Shown: positions 11,541-22,648 of the stretch, piece by piece
Layout of the letters: every line of letters starts with the position of its first letter
Numbering within the stretch: position 1 is the stretch's first letter
Origin: Thermodesulfobacteriota bacterium
Lineage (GTDB): Bacteria; Desulfobacterota; Desulfarculia; JACQYL01
Assembly: GCA_963675595.2 (NCBI GenBank)
Contig: CAXXLZ010000001.1
Span: 384,001 to 448,000, forward strand
DNA length: 64,000 nt
Direction of reading: 5' to 3'
Notes under the pieces: generated by a model
Seen by the model: the letters and a program-made list of their open reading frames with translations, nothing else
Told to the model about the DNA's origin: nothing
Database searches by the model: none
Translations under genes and position numbers: made by a program

Positions 11541-12147
11541 TGAACCCTTGAATTTGGTTATCTCCGGTTCGGGCGGACAGGGGAACGTTCTGGCCGCGCA
11601 ATGGGTCGGCGAAGCACTGATAAGAGCCGGTCGCCGGATCACGGTGGGGGACACCTACGGCCTCAGCCAGCGGGGAGGCTCCGTAATGAGTCATATCCGC
11701 GTTTCCAAAGAGCGGCGATACGGTCCGTTGATCCCGGAAGGAAGGGCTCATGTGATCCTGGGGCTCGAGCCGGTGGAGACGCTGCGTGTCCTGATCGCCT
11801 ACGGCAATCGGTCGGTCGTTACGTTGACGAACACTCGGCCCGTTTACCCCCAGGGAGTCATAGCGGGAGAAAACGAGTATCCCTCCGAGGAACGACTGTT
11901 ATCGGCTTTGAACGAGTTGAGCGAACGAACCTATTGGGTGCCGGCCACGGAAATAGCTCGGGGTCTGGGAGACCCGATCATGGCCAACGTGGTCATGATC
12001 GGAGCCCTGTGGGGAAGCGGAGTTCTGCCCGCGGAACCGTCGACGATTTCGGCGGTGTTGGAGGACCGTCTGCCGGCATCCAAGCTGGAGGCGAATCGGC
12101 GGGCTTTCGACACGGGATTTCAATGGGCGGTGGATTCGAAGGGATGA
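11533..12147 (+). CDS. iorB: Indolepyruvate:ferredoxin oxidoreductase beta subunit
   Basis: ATG at 11533 after an AGGAG RBS, overlapping the iorA stop; GSGGQGNV and GLSQRGGSVMSH motifs. Confidence 0.92.
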   Translation: MRDEPLNLVISGSGGQGNVLAAQWVGEALIRAGRRITVGDTYGLSQRGGSVMSHIRVSKERRYGPLIPEGRAHVILGLEPVETLRVLIAYGNRSVVTLTNTRPVYPQGVIAGENEYPSEERLLSALNELSERTYWVPATEIARGLGDPIMANVVMIGALWGSGVLPAEPSTISAVLEDRLPASKLEANRRAFDTGFQWAVDSKG

Positions 12148-12267
12148 AAACCGCGCAAGCCGCCGGGATTCCAATTATGGAGAATCGAAAGCCGGTTCCT
12201 GCGCAATGTCGTTTGCCGAACGGCGCGTCGACTGTGAAACGACAATGAGGGTGAAGAGGGTGGGTCC

Positions 12268-12705
12268 ATGGCGAACCTGAAAGACTGCCCCTGTTCCGGA
12301 AAAAGCATGACCCTGCATACGGGGGCGTGGATTCTGCTGACCCTGTACCGGCATGAGGGCATCCACGGCTACGAGATCGCGAAACGTCTAAAGGCGGTGA
12401 TGGAGGAGTTGGGAGTATCTTTGAACATCACCGGACTTTATCGACACCTCAAAGCGCTGGAGGGGCGTGGTATGGTGGAGTCGTGGTGGGAACAGCCCTC
12501 CGGAGGAATGGCCAAGCGGAAATATGCGTTAACCGAAGAAGGCAAGCAGTGTCTTTGGGCTTGGATCAACACCATTCAGGTTGAATTCGCCTTGATTGTT
12601 CGCTTTTTCGAAGAATTGAAGCAGGCATTCCCGTCCCTTGATCTACCGGAAAGCGACCTCCTCAAGACTCATTTGCGGCCCGTTACGAAGACGCTCTCGG
12701 GTTGA
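12268..12705 (+). CDS. PadR-family transcriptional regulator
   Basis: HGYEI, LYRHLKALE, RKYALTEEG winged helix; N-terminal CPC. Confidence 0.88.
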   Translation: MANLKDCPCSGKSMTLHTGAWILLTLYRHEGIHGYEIAKRLKAVMEELGVSLNITGLYRHLKALEGRGMVESWWEQPSGGMAKRKYALTEEGKQCLWAWINTIQVEFALIVRFFEELKQAFPSLDLPESDLLKTHLRPVTKTLSG

Positions 12706-12815
12706 ATCGTATTCTCTCCATGAGAGTTTCCTGAACATTCGAATGATCATCCGATTCATTGCGACCCCGGCGATGAAGGGACGAAGGTCCCGGCGTCGCA
12801 TCGGGGGAGGAGCTT

Positions 12816-13265
12816 TCATAGCTTTCGGTCGATGGCCAGGTGGGAAAAGTAGCCCAGGAACGCGCTGACGTAGTACGGCCAGAGGACCGTCGGACTTTTC
12901 TCGAACAGGAGCCAGGGCAGAAGAAGGATCGGCGACGGGACGAGGATCATGGCCCACCAGGTGTGGGTCCAACCGCGGTGCCTTCCGAGGATCGGCAGCA
13001 TGGCGGCCAGGCCCAACAGAGCCGCATATCCATAGTTCTCCACGGCGATCAGGTAGACGTCCAACACGAAGAACAGCGAATAGAAGAGGGTTTGCCCTTT
13101 GCTGTTGGTATCGATGTCCGGAAAGAGGGCGGCCATAACGGCTATTGAGAAGAAAACCACGGCATTCTTGGGAGTAATCTCCATCACGGAAAAGAACACA
13201 AGGGCCGCCAAGAAGCCTGTAATTACCAGTACGGCTCCCAGGGTGTGCGTGCGGAATGATCCCAT
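12816..13265 (-). CDS. Membrane-bound metal-dependent hydrolase (YdjM/DUF457-like)
   Basis: FRTH, FPDIDT, HRGWTH and SHLAID motifs with TM segments; likely start is MGSFRTH at 13265. Confidence 0.8.
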   Translation of the reverse strand: MGSFRTHTLGAVLVITGFLAALVFFSVMEITPKNAVVFFSIAVMAALFPDIDTNSKGQTLFYSLFFVLDVYLIAVENYGYAALLGLAAMLPILGRHRGWTHTWWAMILVPSPILLLPWLLFEKSPTVLWPYYVSAFLGYFSHLAIDRKL

Positions 13266-13513
13266 AAGACCTCGATTTCGTGAACGTGCTGTTCGGGATT
13301 GTTCGCAAAGGGGTGTTCGGCTTTTCGTCGCGGAGGCCCGACGGACCGGAAAAGATTTTATCGCATTTGCGGCAGGGAACGCCACAAGAAGAGGTCGAGT
13401 CGAGAATCGGATTTTACTTTGGGGATTCGGGTGACGAGATGCGTAAAACGGGGGAGGCGGTAGGCGTGGAAGGGTTCCCTGCGAACGCGCCAAAAAAACT
13501 TCCCCGAAACCGG

Positions 13514-13541
13514 TTGACAGCCCCTAAATTGTGGTTACGGT
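13514..13541 (+). promoter_or_regulatory. Possible sigma-70 promoter for groESL
   Basis: TTGACA (13514-13519), 16-nt spacer, TACGGT; the -10 box is weak. Confidence 0.35.
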
Positions 13542-13754
13542 TTCCGAAAATACGAAAGCATAACAGCAAGAACAGGTTGCGGAACCAAGGACACCCGACC
13601 TGTGGTCGAGGACGGAGAATCGTTCGGTCATCGCCGAGACCGACCTTGGGGGTCCATGGTTGGGATTAAGCTTTTCGGGTGATGGTGGTTCTTCATTATA
13701 AGGTTTCTGCTTAGAGGTTCCTGCGGATATCACGTCTTCCAAGGAGGAAAAAGG

Positions 13755-14045
13755 ATGAAGGTAAAGCCGTTGAATGATCGAGTTCTGGTGTTGAGAACCG
13801 AACAGGAAGAAAAGACCTCGGGGGGGATTATCATTCCCGATACGGCAAAGGAAAAGCCCCAAGAGGGTAAAGTCGTCGCCGCCGGCCCCGGAAAGGTCAA
13901 CGACAAAGGGGAGCGTATTCCTTTGGGCGTGAAAGAGGGGGACAAGGTGCTGTTCGGAAAGTACGCCGGAACCGAGATCGGCATTGATGGTGTGGAACAT
14001 TCCATCATGCGCGAAGACGAGATTCTTGCGATAATCGAGAAATAA
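13755..14045 (+). CDS. groES: Co-chaperonin GroES
   Basis: [27 protein letters not shown] motifs. Confidence 0.98.
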   Translation: MKVKPLNDRVLVLRTEQEEKTSGGIIIPDTAKEKPQEGKVVAAGPGKVNDKGERIPLGVKEGDKVLFGKYAGTEIGIDGVEHSIMREDEILAIIEK

Positions 14046-14061
14046 TCAGGAGGTCGTTTAA

Positions 14062-15726
<1,665 letters not shown>

Positions 15727-15759
15727 TCCCAAGCCGACTCAGCAGGAATCGGAAAACGG

Positions 15760-15802
15760 AATCCCCCTCGGGAATATAATCCCAAGGGGGATTTTATTTT
15801 TT
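15760..15802 (+). terminator. Intrinsic terminator after groEL
   Basis: aatccccctcggga / tcccaagggggatt hairpin followed by ttatttttt. Confidence 0.85.
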
Positions 15803-15827
15803 GCGGCCGATTTGAGCGCGGTTGGAC

Positions 15828-17030
15828 TCAGACGTCGTCCGGGAGTGTGTGGAACCTCAGCAGCGGCAGCAGAAGGACCGAAGCGAGGATCATGACGCCG
15901 AAGACCACGAATCCGTAGCCGAAGGAACCGAGATCGCCGGCGAAGCCGATCCCTGTTGATACCCAGCCGCCGCCAGCGGTGAAGGCCATGGGTACGACCA
16001 ACGCCACGGCCGCGCCTCGGTTGTTGGGGGCGGTGAGCCTCGATAAGGAAGCGAATGCCGCGGGAAAGAAGGTGACCGCCACCATGGGGTGGAGAAATAC
16101 AAGAACGATCAACGGGAATCCGTGAGTGAGACCCAGGAGTACGGTCAATGTGCCGCTGCAGATGAAACAGCCTCCCAAGAACCGTTTGGCTCCCACGCGA
16201 TCCATCATCCAACCTGCGAAGAAAGCAGCTCCGATCCCGGATATTCTTGAAAGGGCCAGCAGATTGTTGGCGGTCTCTCTTGCCATGGCATGCTCGGAAA
16301 CGAGAAAGAGTGGGATCATGTTGTATACCGCCAGACTAGCGCCGATCCCCATGCTGAAAAAGAGCATCATGATCCAAATGGAAGGAGTGCGAAGAAGTTC
16401 TTTCATGGTTTGAAAGCGAAGCGCCCGCCCGGTGAATCTCCCCCCCTTGCCGAAGAGAGCGAAAAGCGATCCCAGGATCAATGAGGCGACTCCCAGAACG
16501 GCCAGAGTCCCTTTCCAGGAAATGCGTTCCAGTAAGGCCTCGACAAGAACCGGCGCGACCACGAAAGAAAGGTTTGGTGCGAGTTCATGGACCGCTAGAG
16601 CCTTACCCCAATCACGTGAGACAATCATGGTTGTGATGGTGGCCAAGCCGGATGGCAGGTACAGGCCGGCGGCGATGCCGAGGGCGAAAAGCCCGAAACC
16701 CAACCCCACGGCTCCTTCAGCGGCGAGAATGGACAACAGAGCGAGACCCACGGAAACCGCCGAGAGGATGATGGTGGAGCGGTGTGTGATTCTGGACGAC
16801 ACGAATGTCGAAGCGAGAAGCGCCAACCCATAGCCCACGGAAACGATGAAGATGAGGGTCCCCGCCGCACTGTGGGTTAGATCTAATTCTTTTTCCAGGG
16901 TGGGCAGCATTGGCCCGACGATAATTCGCGCCAGGAAATTCGCCAGGAAGACCCCGGTGATAAGCAGGACCGGGAATAGTTGCTTGGCAAAACGTTGGGA
17001 GAATGGTTCCGATGAAGCATGGGTGGACAT
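15828..17030 (-). CDS. MFS transporter
   Basis: About 12 hydrophobic segments and a GWMMDRVGAK motif A-like loop; start taken at MSTHASS. Confidence 0.88.
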   Translation of the reverse strand: MSTHASSEPFSQRFAKQLFPVLLITGVFLANFLARIIVGPMLPTLEKELDLTHSAAGTLIFIVSVGYGLALLASTFVSSRITHRSTIILSAVSVGLALLSILAAEGAVGLGFGLFALGIAAGLYLPSGLATITTMIVSRDWGKALAVHELAPNLSFVVAPVLVEALLERISWKGTLAVLGVASLILGSLFALFGKGGRFTGRALRFQTMKELLRTPSIWIMMLFFSMGIGASLAVYNMIPLFLVSEHAMARETANNLLALSRISGIGAAFFAGWMMDRVGAKRFLGGCFICSGTLTVLLGLTHGFPLIVLVFLHPMVAVTFFPAAFASLSRLTAPNNRGAAVALVVPMAFTAGGGWVSTGIGFAGDLGSFGYGFVVFGVMILASVLLLPLLRFHTLPDDV

Positions 17031-17437
17031 GGGGACCCCGATTGGAGCACGGCAAACCCGGCGGTGCAATGGGCGTCGGGATCCGACAGGTGTTGGTCGA
17101 ATGCGGTGAACCGAAGGAACATACTTTATTCATTGACGGGCTTCAACCACCTTGATACGGGATTTGAGAGAGTCCGGCCTCTCCTAAGCGCGACGACGAT
17201 AAGCCTGTATTTTCCGGCCCTTGAGCCTGATGATGCGCTCCTGAGCACGAGATACAGTATCAAGGGTATTCTTTTTTTTTTCTGTGTCTGGTCAAATTAA
17301 TCTAAATCTTTTGGGCCGGAGACTGTTCATAATCTAGTGAATGTGCCCCTGATTCCGGGAATCCAAAGCCTAAAAGAAAGAAACTAACAGGACAACGGTC
17401 TTTTCGGGAAGTCTGAGTATCGGCGGATGACGTCGTA

Positions 17438-18031
17438 ATGACGAGCGAGCATTCGGTCCCGAGCCTCATCAACACCGAGCATGGGATTCCATTTGAGTAT
17501 TCCGGTTCCGACGGTCGGCGGGCGCGATTTCGAGCAGCGAAGACTAGCTCTTCCTATTCCGACTTGAGGAGAAGACGCGTGAGGATCGTTATCGTCGACG
17601 AGTATGAGAAGGTGCGTCGATTCGTGGCGGATGAACTGACGAATTTGGGGCATACCGTAAACGACACCGGCGAACCTTCCGAGATTCTTGGCCTGATGAA
17701 CGAGTTTCCGCCGGATGTGGTCTTATTGGATTTGTTTCTTGAAAAGCGGCATCGATGGGACCTGTTGCACGAGATCAAGAAGCGAGTTCCCGGAGTCCCG
17801 GTCGTCCTTTTCACGGGTTATGAAGGATACAAACACGATCCGAGAGCCTCGGAAGCAGACGGCTTCGTACTGAAAAGCAGTTCTCTCGGCTCGTTGTTGG
17901 AATATCTGGACGGATACTTCCCGGACCTGCAACGGTCCTCCGACGCGCGAACGATGGGAAGGTTCGCCAAGAAAAACGTTTCCACGAGAAGCGTTCCTAA
18001 TCAAAGAACCAAAAGTGAGCCCTTTCGTTGA
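17438..18031 (+). CDS. Receiver-domain response regulator with N- and C-terminal extensions
   Basis: IVIVDE...PDVVLLDL...VVLFTG...FVLKS; start uncertain. Confidence 0.8.
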   Translation: MTSEHSVPSLINTEHGIPFEYSGSDGRRARFRAAKTSSSYSDLRRRRVRIVIVDEYEKVRRFVADELTNLGHTVNDTGEPSEILGLMNEFPPDVVLLDLFLEKRHRWDLLHEIKKRVPGVPVVLFTGYEGYKHDPRASEADGFVLKSSSLGSLLEYLDGYFPDLQRSSDARTMGRFAKKNVSTRSVPNQRTKSEPFR

Positions 18032-18161
18032 AGAAGAGTGCATTCTTGTATGAATTGAACAGACTAAAAAACGAAAAGGCCGCCGGCGGGGGTGCGGTAG
18101 TTTTTCCGTTCCTGATCTGCACGAGAACTGGGAGCCCGCATCAAGGGTTGTGAGGGACATA

Positions 18162-18452
18162 ATGGCTTCGAACTTCAAAATACTCGTCCACAAGAATGAA
18201 CAAAGCGCACATTTCAAGTTGTGGGGAGATTTCGACGGGACATCGGCGCATGAGCTGATCAGGAGTATGAATAAACACGGACTTGGAGTCGAGAGAATTT
18301 TCGTCCATACGGATGGGCTGAACAAGGTAATCCCTTTTGGAAGAGATATATTCCGCAATTCTCTTACGGTGTCCGACTGCAGGTCGGGCAAGCTGGTGTT
18401 TACCGGTTCCAAAGCGGATGAATTCGCACCGGAATCGGAGATTGTACCGTAA
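18162..18452 (+). CDS. Small hypothetical protein, STAS-like
   Basis: NFKILVHKN...KLWGDFDGTSAHELI...IFVHTDGL resembles an anti-anti-sigma (STAS) fold; GAGGG RBS. Confidence 0.55.
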   Translation: MASNFKILVHKNEQSAHFKLWGDFDGTSAHELIRSMNKHGLGVERIFVHTDGLNKVIPFGRDIFRNSLTVSDCRSGKLVFTGSKADEFAPESEIVP

Positions 18453-18511
18453 TATCGAGTTTTTCTCCTCCGACCCGTTGTACTGTCGGCAGAACAGATG
18501 GAGAGGTTGTT

Positions 18512-18805
18512 ATGATCAGGGAGTTGATTGAGCATATTGCGAAAGATCTGGTGGATTTTCCCGAGCAAGTGAGTGTTTCCGAAATAAAAGGGGGACATAC
18601 TTCGGTGATTGAGCTCAGGGTTGCGAAAGAGGACTTGGGCAAGGTCATCGGCAAGCAGGGCAGAATCGCCAATGCCATGCGGGTGCTCCTGAATGCGGCA
18701 TGCGCGAAACTTAAGCAGCATGCCGTTCTCGAAATTATCGATCCCGCCCGAGGACCGGTTGCGGAGGAGGATGCCGCGCGCTTCAAGCACCGTGCAAACT
18801 ACTGA
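18512..18805 (+). CDS. KH-domain RNA-binding protein (KhpA/YlqC-like)
   Basis: ELRVAKEDLGKVIGKQGR (GxxG) and LEIID. Confidence 0.92.
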   Translation: MIRELIEHIAKDLVDFPEQVSVSEIKGGHTSVIELRVAKEDLGKVIGKQGRIANAMRVLLNAACAKLKQHAVLEIIDPARGPVAEEDAARFKHRANY

Positions 18806-19008
18806 GTTCGGCGGGCGCTGGGAGAAGATATTGCCCGTTGTATTCGCCCGGCAAGTAAAATTGGGTAATACCGTGGTCTGGATGCTGTGAGTTCCCGAAA
18901 TTCGGGGAGAACCAAAGGGAACGAGTCAGGTAGGCTTGGTTTCCGGCGTGAATTTGAAGGGTTCTTGATGAGTGCTTCGATTGTGTTTTGTAATCTCAGA
19001 AGGAGGAT

Positions 19009-19296
19009 GTGATGGGCTATTCCAAAGAGGATCTGAAGAGCAAACTGCTGGATATGTACCCGGAAATCAAAAAGAATGATCTGTCGACGGACCTCGCGTT
19101 CGATGATGCGAAGAAAGCCTGGGTGGTCACTTTTTCCAAAGGCGAGCACAGCAGGCATGCCTTTTTGGACAAGAAAGACGCCGACGCATGCGTTGATGGA
19201 AATGTCTGTATTTATCTCGGCGTGCTGATCGAGCAGTATATCAAAGACATTGAAGAAGAGCTTTCCGGGAAGGATATGTTCAGAGAGAAGATCTGA
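19009..19296 (+). CDS. Small conserved hypothetical protein
   Basis: AGGAGG RBS, host-like codon use, followed by a strong terminator; C-x4-C near the C-terminus. Confidence 0.75.
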   Translation: MMGYSKEDLKSKLLDMYPEIKKNDLSTDLAFDDAKKAWVVTFSKGEHSRHAFLDKKDADACVDGNVCIYLGVLIEQYIKDIEEELSGKDMFREKI

Positions 19297-19344
19297 CCCC
19301 ATGTGGAAAAATATTTAGTCAGTTTTCAGCACCGACCCGGATTT

Positions 19345-19383
19345 AGCCGACACACCCTTCCATGAAGGGTGTGTCGGCTTTTT
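19345..19383 (+). terminator. Intrinsic terminator
   Basis: agccgacacacccttc-cat-gaagggtgtgtcggct perfect stem followed by T-run. Confidence 0.9.
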
Positions 19384-19903
19384 GATTCTTGAATCGGGCT
19401 TTCCTGCTCAAATCGCTAAAGGCTGTCGGCCGAGAGCAACCGGACGCAGCATCCGGCGTAATGAGCCGATAGAGCGGATCGCTCCTCTTCAATGAAGTGA
19501 AAGCTTGGCGAACGCGGCAAGGGTTGCAGTACTTTCATGTTCCCTGGTAATTTGAAATTTGTGTTTTCCAGACCCCCGATGGGGCGTTACCGGGAGGCGG
19601 GCTTTTTTCGTACGCCGGGCGTGCAGGCTCCGTACTTTTCGTGCTCGGTGTCTCCGGCGCTCCGTGTTCAACGGACTCCGGCGGTACATCGGCGCCTCTT
19701 TTCAAGTAGTCTGCTGCGTTGGGGGCCCGGCTTCGTTTTTGAGCCGAACGGGGGAGTGCGGAAAAACCCGGCGTCGTTGACTTTCGACTTCCACACGCCC
19801 GATGCAACAAGATCACTAAAGAACACGGCACCAGACTCCCCTTGCGCGTTGGACTTCCGGCATCGGACTTGTCCTTGGATTCCGGCAATAGGGGGGTGAA
19901 TCC

Positions 19904-22579
19904 TTGAGGGAGATCATGGAGCAGGAACGTCGTTTTAGATATAATCGCGAGGACTTCGGAGAGCTGCCCGTCAATCTGCGGCATTTGGATATTCATCTGA
20001 ATTTTTTTGGGGATAGCGTCGAGGTTTCCAACAGGCTGGAAATGATCGTCCTCCAAGACCTCGAGCAACTGACTCTGGACGCGGACGACTTGGAAATCCT
20101 TCGGATCTGCCTGCTTGAGGATTCCACGGACGACGCGGGCACGAACCTGAAGTATGAATACCACAGGCCCGAAAAACGGCTCGTGGTGACCTTTCCCCGC
20201 CTTTTTCGTTCGGGTGAGAATCTGCTCATCGCTACTTTGACTCGCTGCCGCCCTTCGGATTCCTTATTGGAGGGAATCTACAAGGATGTAACTCCGCCCG
20301 GCGCTCCTCAGCAATTCATCTCCCAGTGCCAGCAGTGGGGATTTCAAAGGATCATGCCCATCCTGGACGACTGCCGCGCCAAGTGCACCATGACCACCAC
20401 CATTGAGGCCGACGCGGCCTATACGCACTTGATCAGCAACGGCGATGTCGACCGGCGGCGGAATCCCGACGGCCGGCCCGTGCGCAAAGAGGACGACCCT
20501 CGGAGACAGATCGTTACCTACATCAACCGGGTTCCCATGGCGCCTTATCTGTTTCTGGTCGGAGTCGGCACCTGGGACGAGTTGGTGGACGAGGTCCAAT
20601 ATTCCAACGGAAAGAAGGTGCGTCTCGAATATCTTGTTCCCCCCGGCCGGACGGACGGCGCACGGGTTCCCATGGATATCCTCAAAGAAGCCGTGCTTTG
20701 GATCGGACGCACCCAAGAATATGTTTACCCTTTCGAGACATACCGCACCATTTGTATGAACCGATCCAACTTCGGAGGGATGGAAAACGTCGGGAATACC
20801 ACCATCGTGACGGACGCCGCACTGGTGGACGAGCACACTTTGGATGCCGGTCTTCTGTACGCACATTCCGTCGTCGTTCATGAGTTCGAGCACAATCAGT
20901 GCGGAAGTGAAACCACCATGGAGACTCCCTTTGACGTGTGGCTCAACGAGGCGTACACCGTGGACGTCGAGCGTCGGTTCACGGCCGACCTGTTCGATCC
21001 CACGTTCATCCGGCTCAGACAGGTGGACTCCATTCGTGATCCGCTCATGGGGCCTCTCGCCATTGAAGACGGAGGCCACGCCGGGAGGATCGTGCGGGAG
21101 GGATTTAATCATCCCGACGAGCTCATCGACGGAGTAACCTATGTTAAGGCCGCCGAGGTCGTACGCAGCCTCCGGCTCCTGTTGGGAGAGTCACGGTTTC
21201 TCGAAGGGAAGCGGCTCTATTTTTCCAGGTATCGAAACGGAAACGCGGATACGGACCAGTTCTTTCAATGTTTCGAAGAGGTATCCGGAGAAAGCCTGGA
21301 TGATTTCAAGAAACAGTGGCTCTACAGAATTGGTTATCCCCGGGTAACGGTGGAAACGATCTACTCTTCGGAAAGTGAAGAATATCGCATCAAGTTCCGC
21401 CAGGAAGAGACCGAAGAACGGCCCCCCTTTCATCTCCCCGTGTCGCTTGCCCTCGTCGGGAAAGCGGGAGGCGATCTCCCGGGATCCGCCATCGTGTATG
21501 CACTCAAGAAGGGGATAGGCGAGGTGGTGATTGAGGGAGTAAAGGAAGAGCCCGCTTTTGCATCGCTGAACCGGGACTATTCCTTTTATGGGACCCTCCT
21601 GCATGAGAATGCCTCGCGAGAGGAGCGAATTCTGCAGGCGAAGTCCGATCCCAACGGCTTCAACCGTGTGGAAGCAGTCAGGACTCTGACGGATGAACAA
21701 AGGGTGAGACTGCTGTTGAATCCCGAGGCCGATATTGATGAATGGTGGCTGGAACTCTATGGCGAGTTGTTGCGCCTTCCGGCTTCGGCCTCACTCAAAG
21801 CGTATTTGCTTCGTATAGACGAACAGCCCCTGGATCGGGCTTATGCCGTCTGGTATCCGGAACTTGCGGCCGCTCGAGACCGACTCGTGGCGTCGGTGAA
21901 TGAACGGTATCGAAGTGACCTGCTGGACGCTTTTGAAGGTTTGGATACGTATCGGTCTCTCAACTCTCCCAAAGACGGCATCGAAGATCGCCTGCTCAAG
22001 TCCGTGTTGCTGGAATTGGCTGTTTTTGATGATTCGTCGGACGGTCACCGGGTCATAAGGGATCACTTCCGCAGGGCGACCACGGCCAACGACCGCTTCT
22101 ACGCCCTCATGATGCTCAACAGGAGCTCGTCGCCGGATCGCTTGGCAATTTTGGAGGAAACCTACCACGCTTGGCATGACCATTTGAGCGGGTACGCCAA
22201 CTACCTGCGAGTGGTTGCTTCGGGAACTCGTGGAGACCTGTTTGAACAGATACAACGAGAGAAAGAAAGGTCGACTTTCGATATCAAACAGCCCACTTGG
22301 TGCCGGGCTCTGTTTCTGACCATGGCCGGCAACTCCCGCATGATCTGGACTGAAAAAGGGGTGACCAAACTCGCCGAAGGCATCATTGAGCTTGCCGGTA
22401 TCAACACCACCACCGCAGGTCGCATGCTTAACGGCTTTCAACACGTTAAGAGACTTAAGCCCGATCTTCGACAATGGGTGGTGCCGGCGCTGGAAGAAAT
22501 CATCCGGTCGGTTCCCGATACGGTCTCTCCGACCATTCACGGACAAGCGAAGTCCTATCTTGAAGGGGTTTCCGGGTAA
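19904..22579 (+). CDS. pepN: M1 family aminopeptidase N
   Basis: SQCQQWGFQRI, GGMEN, HEFEH...WLNEA, YVKAAEVVR; C-terminal DUF3458-like region. ATG at 19916 is an alternative start. Confidence 0.88.
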   Translation: MREIMEQERRFRYNREDFGELPVNLRHLDIHLNFFGDSVEVSNRLEMIVLQDLEQLTLDADDLEILRICLLEDSTDDAGTNLKYEYHRPEKRLVVTFPRLFRSGENLLIATLTRCRPSDSLLEGIYKDVTPPGAPQQFISQCQQWGFQRIMPILDDCRAKCTMTTTIEADAAYTHLISNGDVDRRRNPDGRPVRKEDDPRRQIVTYINRVPMAPYLFLVGVGTWDELVDEVQYSNGKKVRLEYLVPPGRTDGARVPMDILKEAVLWIGRTQEYVYPFETYRTICMNRSNFGGMENVGNTTIVTDAALVDEHTLDAGLLYAHSVVVHEFEHNQCGSETTMETPFDVWLNEAYTVDVERRFTADLFDPTFIRLRQVDSIRDPLMGPLAIEDGGHAGRIVREGFNHPDELIDGVTYVKAAEVVRSLRLLLGESRFLEGKRLYFSRYRNGNADTDQFFQCFEEVSGESLDDFKKQWLYRIGYPRVTVETIYSSESEEYRIKFRQEETEERPPFHLPVSLALVGKAGGDLPGSAIVYALKKGIGEVVIEGVKEEPAFASLNRDYSFYGTLLHENASREERILQAKSDPNGFNRVEAVRTLTDEQRVRLLLNPEADIDEWWLELYGELLRLPASASLKAYLLRIDEQPLDRAYAVWYPELAAARDRLVASVNERYRSDLLDAFEGLDTYRSLNSPKDGIEDRLLKSVLLELAVFDDSSDGHRVIRDHFRRATTANDRFYALMMLNRSSSPDRLAILEETYHAWHDHLSGYANYLRVVASGTRGDLFEQIQREKERSTFDIKQPTWCRALFLTMAGNSRMIWTEKGVTKLAEGIIELAGINTTTAGRMLNGFQHVKRLKPDLRQWVVPALEEIIRSVPDTVSPTIHGQAKSYLEGVSG

Positions 22580-22648
22580 CAGGACATACGGTTTACTTCA
22601 ACCGGTGCATTAAAGAGCGCTTGCCTGATTCGTTGAAGATAGGTTCCG

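Noticed and set aside
17723-18790. 355-aa minus-strand ORF
   Set aside because: Overlaps three credible plus-strand genes; no motifs
19860-19903. Possible cobalamin riboswitch ahead of the pepN-J-rSAM genes
   Set aside because: AATAGGG is present but the B12-box and the other conserved core elements were not found
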